DNA of 64,000 nucleotides from a bacterium (GTDB lineage Bacteria > RBG-13-61-14 > DATKZS01). Positions within the stretch are counted from its first letter, which is position 1, and every line of letters begins with the position of its first letter. The stretch covers positions 512,001 to 576,000 of the forward strand of contig CAXXFL010000002.1 of assembly GCA_963674965.2 (NCBI GenBank), given 5' to 3'. The notes beneath the pieces are model-generated. The model made no database searches, was not told the DNA's origin, and worked only from the letters and a program-made list of their open reading frames with translations. This document shows, one piece after another, positions 10,200-18,947 of the stretch. The position numbers and the translations under genes are program-made.

Positions 10200-12337
10200 T
10201 AATGAAGTCGCGCTTTATCACGGCGGCGTTCGCGGCCGTTCTTTGGGGAGTGATACTGTCCTCGGCCGGGGCCGCGGATACGAACAGATGGGACATTGAC
10301 GGCTTCGAGCAATGGGACAAGGGCGAGGCCAACGGCGTCGAGATAGGATCGGACGGAAGGTTAAAGCCCGTCTGGTCGTCCGATCCCAAGGATGTAAAGG
10401 CGGATGGAGTATGGTCCCTCGCCTCCTCCGGGTCCAAAATCTACATGGGGACCGGGAACGGCGGCAAGCTCTTCGTCAAGCAAAACGGCGTTATCAGCGA
10501 GGCGGCCGACACGGGCCACGTGGCGATCACCAGGATCGTGGCCGACCGCTCGGGAGGCGCGTGGTTTTCGGCCATTCCCGGCGGGGTGATTTACCGTCTC
10601 AGGTCCGGCGAGCCCGAGAAGGTGGCCGAGGTGGGATCGGACTATATCTGGGACTTCATCGTTGACGGCGAAAGGATCGTCGCCGCCACCGGCCCGGGCG
10701 GGAAGATCGTCACCATGACCAAGTCCGGGAAGATTATTCAGACGATCGAAACCGGCGAGACGCACGTCATGTGCCTCCTGAAGGGCGGCGACGGCAAAAT
10801 TTACGCCGGGACCTCGGGGGACGGGCTGATACTCGAGGTCAACGACTCCGGGGAGTTCAGGGTCCTTATAGACTTCAAAGAGACGGAGGTCAGGAAGCTG
10901 GCCTGGGTGGGAGACGGAGAAAACGGGACGCTGGTGGCGGCCGTCAACAGCTCGGCCACCTCGAGGCTCTCGACTTCCTCGGGGTCCAGCTCGTGGCGCT
11001 CGGCCGACAAGGACGAAGACGAGGGTGACGATAACGGGGGCGACGACGGCGATGAAGAGGAACCCGAGCCGAAGGTTAAGCTCGATTCGAGCCCTGCCCC
11101 CCGCGGCGGAGGCAAGATAAGCGGCACGGTTTACGCCGTGACTTCCTCGGGCGGCGCCAGGAAGCTGGTGGACCTGCCGAAAAGGGCCGCCGTCGACATG
11201 GTCGCGGCCGGTCAGGACGTCTACGTGGCCACCGACCAGGGAGGCAAGGTCTATCGCTGCTCGGTCGATTCCTCCCAGTACGCCGTGTCCATCGACCTCG
11301 AGGCGGCCCAGGCCCTTTCCCTTTTAGCGGACGGAAACGAGCTCGAGTACGTCGGCTCCGGGTCGCCCGCGGGACTGATCAGGGCAAGGCGCGCGGGACT
11401 CGAGCCGTCCTCCTACGTAACCGAGGTCCTCGACGCCGGATACCCCGCTAAATGGGGCGCCATCGACGTCGAGGCGGACTCCAGGCTCCTCGTGTACACC
11501 AGAAGCGGAAACGTGGAGGACGTCGAGAGGGGATGGTCCGAATGGAAGCCGACCGACGTGGGCGCCCCCGCGGCCGTCAACAGCCCCGAGGCCAGGTATC
11601 TCCAGGTCAAGGTCGTATGGCCGGCGGGATCGAAGTCCTCCCTGTATTCCCTGTCCATACCCTATCGCGTCTACAACCAGATGCACTACGTGGACGCCGT
11701 GGTCATCGACTCCGTCGAGAAGGACGGCGATGAGGGAACGTCTACTCGGCGCCGTCCCGGCCAATCCAACTCGAAAAGCGGAGAGCCGGGGGAGCATAAA
11801 ACCACCCGCGTGATCAAGTGGAAAACGACCAACCCCGACGACGACGAGTTGGTTTACGAGCTTTATTTTCAGCCGAGCGGCTCCAAGCAGTGGATTCCAA
11901 TAAACGAGCCCGAGCCCATAACCAAGCCCGTTTACAAGTGGGAGACCGAGTCCATCGCCGACGGCTGGTACCGGCTCAAGGTCGTGGCCAAGGACAGCCC
12001 GTCCAACCCCGAGGACGAGACCCTCCAGTCCGAGGCCGTCTCGAGGAGGTTCCTGGTCGATAACCGCGCTCCCGAGATAAAGTCCCTCACCGTGGCGGGT
12101 GGAAGAGTAACCGGACGCGCTCGTGACGAGGCAAGCGCCGTCTCGGGGGTACAGTACTCGATCGATGGTGGAGAATGGGTCACCGTCGGGGCCGTCGACG
12201 GCGTGCTGGACTCGCCAACCGAGAAATTTTCCTTCGATCTTCCCGATGACGTCGCCTCGGGTCCCCATATCATCGCCGTCAGGGCCTGGGACAGGGCCTA
12301 TAACGTGGGCATAGAACAAAAGCAGTTCAGCCGCTAA
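10196..12337 (+). CDS. Secreted beta-propeller plus FN3/Ig-like domain protein
   Basis: Signal peptide; repeated blades (IYMGTGNGGKLF, IVAATGPGGKIV, IYAGTSGDGLIL); TRSGN..GWSEW..RYLQ module; DGWYRLKVVAKD and GPHIIAVRAWD Ig-like ends; GTGA overlap with upstream stop (alternative ATG 10202). Confidence 0.7.
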   Translation: MIMKSRFITAAFAAVLWGVILSSAGAADTNRWDIDGFEQWDKGEANGVEIGSDGRLKPVWSSDPKDVKADGVWSLASSGSKIYMGTGNGGKLFVKQNGVISEAADTGHVAITRIVADRSGGAWFSAIPGGVIYRLRSGEPEKVAEVGSDYIWDFIVDGERIVAATGPGGKIVTMTKSGKIIQTIETGETHVMCLLKGGDGKIYAGTSGDGLILEVNDSGEFRVLIDFKETEVRKLAWVGDGENGTLVAAVNSSATSRLSTSSGSSSWRSADKDEDEGDDNGGDDGDEEEPEPKVKLDSSPAPRGGGKISGTVYAVTSSGGARKLVDLPKRAAVDMVAAGQDVYVATDQGGKVYRCSVDSSQYAVSIDLEAAQALSLLADGNELEYVGSGSPAGLIRARRAGLEPSSYVTEVLDAGYPAKWGAIDVEADSRLLVYTRSGNVEDVERGWSEWKPTDVGAPAAVNSPEARYLQVKVVWPAGSKSSLYSLSIPYRVYNQMHYVDAVVIDSVEKDGDEGTSTRRRPGQSNSKSGEPGEHKTTRVIKWKTTNPDDDELVYELYFQPSGSKQWIPINEPEPITKPVYKWETESIADGWYRLKVVAKDSPSNPEDETLQSEAVSRRFLVDNRAPEIKSLTVAGGRVTGRARDEASAVSGVQYSIDGGEWVTVGAVDGVLDSPTEKFSFDLPDDVASGPHIIAVRAWDRAYNVGIEQKQFSR

Positions 12338-12340
12338 GAC

Positions 12341-12395
12341 GGAAAACGAATCCCGTCATTTTGGGCCTCCCCCGCGGAGGCCCGATTTGTTTTCC
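12341..12395 (+). terminator. Probable intrinsic terminator
   Basis: GGGCCTCC/GGAGGCCC stem (12363-12383) followed by GATTTGTTTT; outer stem GGAAAACGAATC/GATTTGTTTTCC. Confidence 0.6.
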
Positions 12396-12469
12396 GAGCC
12401 GGGATGCAATTCGTTCCCAATAATACTAAGATGGGCCGGCGGGATACTTCGATATGGAAAGGGGAAAAG

Positions 12470-14263
12470 ATGGATTCCTGCATGGAAAAGCTGAAAGTTA
12501 AGCATGGCTCCGGCATATGGGCGGCTTTCGTCGCCGCTATAATATTGCCGGCTCTACTTATTTCATCCTGCGGCAAATGGCGTCCCGAAATGGCCTCATC
12601 CCCCAAGGTTGGTATAAACGGCATGGTTTCCTCCGCCCATCACCTGGCTAGCAAGGCCGGGGCCGACGTGCTGCGCGATGGGGGCAACGCGGTGGACGCG
12701 GCCGTCGCGACCGCCTTTGCCCTCTCAGTGGTCGAGCCTTACTCGTCGGGAATAGGCGGCGGCGGTTTCATGCTCATATACGGCGGGGAAGGAGACAAGG
12801 TCGAGGTTTTGGATTACCGGGAGGTCGCTCCCGCCCTGGCCGGCCGGGACATGTATTTAAAGGACGGGCGTCCCGTCCCCGGATTGTCGGTGTACGGCCC
12901 TTTGGCCAGCGGGGTCCCCGGGACCGCGGCCGGCTTGTGCGAGGCCCTGGAAAAGCGCGGGACCATGGACCGTAAGCGGGTGATGGCTCCAGCCATCGCC
13001 TTGGCGGAGGACGGGTTTAAAGTCGATCAGGCCCTGTATCAGCGAGTCCTCCTCATGTCCGGCCAACTCTGGAAGGACAAGACCATCAGGAAGATTTTTC
13101 TGAAGGGCGGCCTCCCGCCCATGCCCGGTACCGTGATCAAGCAGCCCGAGCTGGCCCGGACCTTGAGGTCTATCGCCGAGAAGGGTCCCTCCGTCTTTTA
13201 CGAGGGAGAGATAGCCCGAGCCATCGCGAGCGACATGGAGGCGAGGGGAGGGCTTATCAGCCTGGATGACCTGGCCGCCTATAAGCCCCGGTGGCGCGAG
13301 CCCCTGCGGGGAACGTACCGGGGGTGCGAGGTGGTTTCCATGCCTCCGCCCAGCTCGGGAGGGGCCGCGGTAATCGAGGTCCTGAATATACTCGAGGGCT
13401 ACGACCTCGCCTCCCTCGGCTATGGGTCGGTCGCCTCCGCGCATTACATGGCCGAGGCCATGCGCATGGCCTTCGCCGACCGGTCGGCTTACATGGGCGA
13501 TCCCGCCTTCGTGGACGTGCCGGTCGAGACCCTGACCTCCAAGGAGTACGCCCGATACGTCCGGGAGAAGATCGACTCGGAAAAGGCAACCCCCAGCCGG
13601 ATGGTCACCCCCGGCCAGGGGTACATCGATCCGCCACAGGCCGGGGAATGGGAAGCGCCTCTTTACGCCGCCGCCTCGGAGGGAAACCACACCACCCACC
13701 TGTCGGTGGTCGACAAGTCGGGCGGGGCCGTGAGCCTGACCCAGACCATCAACACCGTTTTCGGGGCCTGCTACGCTATCGAGGGGACCGGCATAGTGAT
13801 GAACAATGAAATGGACGACTTCGCGGCCGTGCCGGGCGAGCCCAACGCCTTCGGGCTGGTGCAGGGGGAGGCCAACGCCGTGGCCCCCGGCAAGATACCC
13901 TTAAGCTCGATGAGTCCCACCATGCTCTTCAAGGACGGAAGACTCTTCATGGTGATAGGCAGTCCGGGAGGGCCTCGCATTATCACGACGGTCATACAAA
14001 CCATCGTCAACGTGGTCGACTTCGGCATGGACGCCCAGGAGGCGGTCACGGCCCCGCGGCTTCACCATCAGTGGTTGCCGGACCAGTTGTACGTGGACCG
14101 CGGACTTTTACCTGTGGGCGGAAAAGCTAAACTAAGGGAAAGAGGACACGTGGTTAAAAACTACATCGTTCCCTGCAACGCCCAGATGGTCCTGATAGGG
14201 CCGGACGGAGAACTGGCCGGCGGGTCCGACCCGCGAGGGGTCGGGGAACCTGAGGGATACTGA
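12470..14263 (+). CDS. ggt: Gamma-glutamyltransferase (probable lipoprotein)
   Basis: GGNAVDAAVA, SGIGGGGF, PPPSSGG, HTTHLS (Thr nucleophile), NNEMDDF, PLSSMSP, GSPGG; LLISSC lipobox-like; start uncertain (12404/12470/12482). Confidence 0.93.
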   Translation: MDSCMEKLKVKHGSGIWAAFVAAIILPALLISSCGKWRPEMASSPKVGINGMVSSAHHLASKAGADVLRDGGNAVDAAVATAFALSVVEPYSSGIGGGGFMLIYGGEGDKVEVLDYREVAPALAGRDMYLKDGRPVPGLSVYGPLASGVPGTAAGLCEALEKRGTMDRKRVMAPAIALAEDGFKVDQALYQRVLLMSGQLWKDKTIRKIFLKGGLPPMPGTVIKQPELARTLRSIAEKGPSVFYEGEIARAIASDMEARGGLISLDDLAAYKPRWREPLRGTYRGCEVVSMPPPSSGGAAVIEVLNILEGYDLASLGYGSVASAHYMAEAMRMAFADRSAYMGDPAFVDVPVETLTSKEYARYVREKIDSEKATPSRMVTPGQGYIDPPQAGEWEAPLYAAASEGNHTTHLSVVDKSGGAVSLTQTINTVFGACYAIEGTGIVMNNEMDDFAAVPGEPNAFGLVQGEANAVAPGKIPLSSMSPTMLFKDGRLFMVIGSPGGPRIITTVIQTIVNVVDFGMDAQEAVTAPRLHHQWLPDQLYVDRGLLPVGGKAKLRERGHVVKNYIVPCNAQMVLIGPDGELAGGSDPRGVGEPEGY

Positions 14264-14295
14264 GCGAGCGGTTTCGAGACTGAAACTTTGGCGAT

Positions 14296-14775
14296 ATGAA
14301 AGACAAGTATCGGCCCATAGGAGAGGTTATCGATGGTCTTCTAAAAAACATGGGAGCGGACCGCCTGGGCAAGGAGCGGCTGGTCTTCGACGTTTGGAAG
14401 GAGGCCCTGGGCGAGCCTTTGGCCTCGAATATAAAGCCCACTTTCGTCGGGGGGGGGACCCTGGTGATCGCGGTCCGCGACAGCGCCTGGATGCAGGAGC
14501 TTCAATTCATGAAGCCCGAGATAAAGAGGAAATTAAACGGCGCCATAGGGGGCCGGGTCATAAGTAACATAAGGTTTAAACTTGGCTCCTGGAACGAGGA
14601 GGAAGAAAGGGAAGACGAGGAGGAGAAAGAGGGCCCCGAGCCTGATCCCGAAACCGTTCGCAGGGCAAGGGAGGCGGCGGAGATCATCGAGGACCCCAAA
14701 TTGAGAGAGCAGGCCGTAAAGACGCTGCTCGCGGCCGCGAGGAGGACGGAGGAAAATGATGAAGACGACGATTGA
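14296..14775 (+). CDS. dciA: DUF721/DciA family replicative helicase loader
   Basis: WKEALGEPLA...LVIAVRDSAWMQELQFMKPEIKRKLN...ISNIRFKLG pattern. Confidence 0.75.
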   Translation: MKDKYRPIGEVIDGLLKNMGADRLGKERLVFDVWKEALGEPLASNIKPTFVGGGTLVIAVRDSAWMQELQFMKPEIKRKLNGAIGGRVISNIRFKLGSWNEEEEREDEEEKEGPEPDPETVRRAREAAEIIEDPKLREQAVKTLLAAARRTEENDEDDD

Positions 14776-14806
14776 CGGCTTTCGCGGTCCCTTCGGATAC
14801 TGACCC

Positions 14807-15562
14807 ATGTCCGAGTCCAAAGACGGCGCCATTTTAAAGGCGGCGGCCTTGTCCGCCATTTTAATCCTGCTCTTTTTTATCGCCGCTTATTATAGCGTGG
14901 GCGACATGACCCATATCCCGGGGAAACTGGGCATTCTGAGCAGGACCCAGGTAATGTCCCTCGAGGCCGACGTGTGGCGACTGACCATGTCATTGGTTTT
15001 TGTCGGCTATGTTTTTTTCATTCCCCTGGTTCTGGGGGCGAGCGAGGCCATGCGGGGGGCGCGCTCGCTTGGAAAAGTAGCCTTTTCCGCCGGGCTGATC
15101 GGCGCGGCCATGCAGGCCTATTCCCAGTTCATGCAGGCCACCCTGGTGACGAGGGCCGCCGATGAGATGGTGCACTTCCCATTCAAGGAAAACCACGTCG
15201 AGAGAGTCAAGTCCGCCTACCTGGCGCAATCGGTGCAGTGGAACGTCTTCTACCCTTTTTCCACGGCCTTCGCGGCGGATATTCTTGCCCAGTCCTTTAT
15301 CGCCGTTATGTTCGCCTGTCTTGGATATCACTGGATACGCCAAAAAGGCATTAAAACCGTCACCGCTCTTTTGCTTTTCGCCGAGGCCATTATCCAGTTC
15401 TACGCGCTGGTGACTTATATGGCCGGCATGGACGGCGAGCCGGAAAGGGCCTCCATGTATTTCGGTCTCATCCTTATCTTCGTTCTGCCTCTATTGGCCA
15501 TCGTTTTCTTTCTGGAATCAAGGTCCGGAAACAACGAGGAGCAAGATCGTGAAGAAACTTAG
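14807..15562 (+). CDS. Hypothetical multi-pass membrane protein
   Basis: About six hydrophobic segments; overlaps the next gene. Confidence 0.6.
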   Translation: MSESKDGAILKAAALSAILILLFFIAAYYSVGDMTHIPGKLGILSRTQVMSLEADVWRLTMSLVFVGYVFFIPLVLGASEAMRGARSLGKVAFSAGLIGAAMQAYSQFMQATLVTRAADEMVHFPFKENHVERVKSAYLAQSVQWNVFYPFSTAFAADILAQSFIAVMFACLGYHWIRQKGIKTVTALLLFAEAIIQFYALVTYMAGMDGEPERASMYFGLILIFVLPLLAIVFFLESRSGNNEEQDREET

Positions 15563-16346
15563 TCCCCTCGCGGCCGTCATATTCGTTTTGCTGGCCCTTG
15601 GCTTTTCAAGCTTGAGGGCCAAGAGCGGCCCTAGGCATGTCCACGTAATAGTGGCCCTTTGCGACAACGAGTACCAGGGAATAGTGCCGGTGTCCGAGTC
15701 CCTGGGAAACGGCGATGACCCGGCAAGCAATCTTTACTGGGGCGCTTTGTACGGCGTTAAGACCCATCTTAAAAAAAGCGCGAAGTGGGAGTTGATCCAT
15801 ACCCTTCCATCCCCCAAGAACGAGGTGCTCGAGCGCGTGGTCTTCAGGCATGAAAGCGGCGGAGCTTACCTTATCGCCGACGCCTACAGGGGACGTGAGA
15901 TCAAGGAGGCCACCGTTGACTTCCTCCGTTTCGCCTCTGGAAACGGCGGGGTGACGGAGAGCTTCGAGGCAAAGGGAAACAAGTATGCCCTAAAGACGGG
16001 AGGAGCGGCCGATCTTATCGCCTACGTGGGTCACGACGGTCTTATGGATTTTCGTCTCTCGAGCTATCCGGCGGAAAAAGACGGCGGCGGGAAAGATGTC
16101 ATCATCCTGGCGTGCGCTTCCCGGCCGTATTTTTCCGAGGCGATCAAGGAAGCCGGGGCCAAGCCGCTCGTATGGACCACCGGCCTCATGGCGCCCGAGG
16201 CTTATACCCTCGAGGCCGCGCTCGAGGGATGGGTAAAGGGCGAGTCGGACCAGTCCGTAAGGGAGAGGGCCGCCGGGGCATACGCGAAGTATCAGAAGTG
16301 CGGCCTGAAATCGGCCATGCGCCTCCTGGTGAGCGGGTGGGAATAG
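15549..16346 (+). CDS. Secreted hypothetical protein, possible clan CD-type cysteine peptidase fold
   Basis: Signal peptide; VALCDN..QGIVPV..GNG.D...NLYWG block; LIAYVGHDG and VIILAC motifs. Confidence 0.6.
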   Translation: MKKLSPLAAVIFVLLALGFSSLRAKSGPRHVHVIVALCDNEYQGIVPVSESLGNGDDPASNLYWGALYGVKTHLKKSAKWELIHTLPSPKNEVLERVVFRHESGGAYLIADAYRGREIKEATVDFLRFASGNGGVTESFEAKGNKYALKTGGAADLIAYVGHDGLMDFRLSSYPAEKDGGGKDVIILACASRPYFSEAIKEAGAKPLVWTTGLMAPEAYTLEAALEGWVKGESDQSVRERAAGAYAKYQKCGLKSAMRLLVSGWE

Positions 16347-16451
16347 GCAAGAAACCGGGGCGCCATATCGAATTGAACGGTAAAACCGAATGTTGTAAGA
16401 TAAGCGGGGCTTTGCCCATAAACTAGCTTTGCGTAAAAGGAAGAAGGTGGA

Positions 16452-18902
16452 ATGAAATTCATTCGAAAACTGGTCAATTGGATTTTCCGACTTAACGGTT
16501 TCCGTATCAGCATCTTGTTGATGTTCACCTTCCTCTTTCTTTATATTTTGGCCTTTAGGGGAAAGATTGAGACCTTCGCGCTTGTCGAGCTAAAGGCTTA
16601 TGATCTGAGATTTCAGGCTACCAATCGGATGTCCAAACTGGGCCTGATAGGGAAGTACTTCAAGCAAAAGCCGTCGGACAAAATAGTCATAGCCGAGATC
16701 GACGACCGGGCGGTTGACTACCTGGACTGGCCTTTTCCCCGGGGCAAATGGGGGGCGTTCATCGACCGTATGAACGAGTACGGCGCGGCCGTGGTCGCCT
16801 TCGACGTGGTGTTCGACAAGCCCGGAGAATACGCTGGCTTCGACTACATCGAGGCCATCGAGAAAAAATACGCGGACCTGGGAGTAACCGAGTATCTGAA
16901 CAAAGAGGATAACGGAGTGCCCGACGACTTCGCGCGGCTTCTGCGCGATTATGAGGACTTCGTCAAGGCCAAGAGACTCGAGGTGGACCAGGACCTCATT
17001 TTCGCCAAATCTCTGGAGAAATCCCAAATAAAGGTGGTGCTGGGCTGGTTCGGTTATCTTCAAGAAAAGGAGGCCAAGGCCCTAAAGCAAAAGGACTTCA
17101 GCGCCGAGGCCGAGATGCTGAAGCCCTCGAGCCTCTCGGTTTCTCTTAATGAAACGCCTTGGGAAAGAATGCTCCGAACGCTGGGGTCGAATAAGATAAT
17201 GGGCATTACCCCACCGATAGCGCTGTTGGGGGAAAAGTCGGAATACTTCGGTTTTTTCACCTCCAAGCCAGAGTCCCTGGACGGGACCCTCAGAAAGGCG
17301 CCCATGGTTTGCTTCTTTACCACCGACGAGAACAACCCCACCGGCATGAACACCTTTGTATATCCTTCCCTGTCCCTGGCCGCGCTGGCCGCTTATTATA
17401 GCGAGAAGCCCTTGGTGTCGATACAATCGATAAACGCGAAAGCCATAATCAAAAGCATCAAGATAGGAAAAGTAGAGGTCCCCACCGATGAGGCGGGTTC
17501 TTTTCTGATTAACTGGATGGGGAACAACAAAGTTGACCATATATACGATACCTACTCGGTTTACGATATAATCACCGGGTTCACTAACCTGAAAGAGGGG
17601 GCGAAAAAGATAGACCCCAAAAAGGCCTTCAAGGGCAAGATAGTCATGGTGGGAAGCTCGGCCATTGGGGCCCACGACATGAGGACCACGCCCTTCGGCA
17701 CGGCGCCCGGCGTGGAGATGCACGTCAACATGATCAGCAACATCTTAGAGGGCAACTCCCTCCGGACCAAGCAATGGTTCAAGATGTTCGACCTGCTATT
17801 CATTCTGATAGTCGGCGTGCTGTTCGGGCTTATCCTGCCTCGAGTGTCGGCCGTTTGGGGCGGCATCGTGACCTTGATTTTTTTCCTGGGCTACATCGCG
17901 ACGAACATCTATCTTTTCCTGGTCATGCACTACCCCTTTACCATCGTCTTTCCCCTGGCCGAGATACTGTTTATTTTCATCGCGGTCACGATCTTCCGTT
18001 ACGCCACCGAGGAAAGGGAGAAGCGCTTCATTAAAGGGGCCTTCGAGCATTACCTTTCTCCCGAGGTCATCAGCGACCTGATGAAGGACACCTCGAAGCT
18101 GAAGCTGGGGGGGGACGACAAGGTGCTGACGGCCTTTTTCTCCGACATCCAGGGGTTCTCGAGCTTCAGCGAGAACATGAAGACCCAGGACCTGGTCCAT
18201 TTCCTCAACATCTACCTTACCGAGATGTGCGACATCATCCTCGATTACGCCGGCACCATCGACAAGTTCGAGGGCGACGCCATCATCGCTTTCTTCGGGG
18301 CGCCGGTGGACATGCCCGACCACGCGGCCAAGGCCTGCCTTTGCTCGGCGGAAATCCAGAAGAAGATGAACGTGCTCCGGACCCAGTGGATGGAGGAGGG
18401 ATGGCCCGAGGTCCACATGCGCATCGGGCTCAACACTGGTCAGATGATGGTGGGCAACATGGGCAGCCGTGACCGCATGGACTACACCATCATGGGCGAC
18501 TCGGTTAACCTGGCGGCCAGGCTCGAGGGCGCCGGCAAGCAGTACAAGGTCTACTCCATGATAGGGGAGGACACCAAGAAGGCGGCGGGCGACGTGGTCG
18601 AGTACCGCGAGCTGGACATGATCCGGGTCAAGGGCAAGAAAAAGCCGGTCACGGTTTACGAGATACTGGGCAAGACCGGCGAGGTGGACCAGAAGAAGCT
18701 CGAGGTGGCCCGGATATTCGAGAAGGGACTCGAGCAGTACAGGCAGAGGTATTGGATGGAGGCCAGGGCCCTTTTCGAGAAGGCCCTCGAGCTTGACCCC
18801 TCGGACGGCCCGTCCATCGTCTTCCTGGCCAGGTGCGAGGAATACTCCGACAATCCGCCCAGCTCGGGATGGGACGGGGTCTACACCATGACGACCAAGT
18901 AA
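16452..18902 (+). CDS. CHASE2 domain class III adenylate cyclase
   Basis: CHASE2 motifs (IVIAEIDD, WPFPR, AFDVVF, DGTLR, PGVEMH), 3 TM; FSDIQGFS, DKFEGDA, DYTIMGDSVNLAARLE with Lys/Thr adenine-specifying residues; C-terminal TPR-like WDGV tail. Confidence 0.92.
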   Translation: MKFIRKLVNWIFRLNGFRISILLMFTFLFLYILAFRGKIETFALVELKAYDLRFQATNRMSKLGLIGKYFKQKPSDKIVIAEIDDRAVDYLDWPFPRGKWGAFIDRMNEYGAAVVAFDVVFDKPGEYAGFDYIEAIEKKYADLGVTEYLNKEDNGVPDDFARLLRDYEDFVKAKRLEVDQDLIFAKSLEKSQIKVVLGWFGYLQEKEAKALKQKDFSAEAEMLKPSSLSVSLNETPWERMLRTLGSNKIMGITPPIALLGEKSEYFGFFTSKPESLDGTLRKAPMVCFFTTDENNPTGMNTFVYPSLSLAALAAYYSEKPLVSIQSINAKAIIKSIKIGKVEVPTDEAGSFLINWMGNNKVDHIYDTYSVYDIITGFTNLKEGAKKIDPKKAFKGKIVMVGSSAIGAHDMRTTPFGTAPGVEMHVNMISNILEGNSLRTKQWFKMFDLLFILIVGVLFGLILPRVSAVWGGIVTLIFFLGYIATNIYLFLVMHYPFTIVFPLAEILFIFIAVTIFRYATEEREKRFIKGAFEHYLSPEVISDLMKDTSKLKLGGDDKVLTAFFSDIQGFSSFSENMKTQDLVHFLNIYLTEMCDIILDYAGTIDKFEGDAIIAFFGAPVDMPDHAAKACLCSAEIQKKMNVLRTQWMEEGWPEVHMRIGLNTGQMMVGNMGSRDRMDYTIMGDSVNLAARLEGAGKQYKVYSMIGEDTKKAAGDVVEYRELDMIRVKGKKKPVTVYEILGKTGEVDQKKLEVARIFEKGLEQYRQRYWMEARALFEKALELDPSDGPSIVFLARCEEYSDNPPSSGWDGVYTMTTK

Positions 18903-18947
18903 CGGGCCTTAAATGGGCCGAAGAATAATCAAGAAAGGTTAGGGCAA

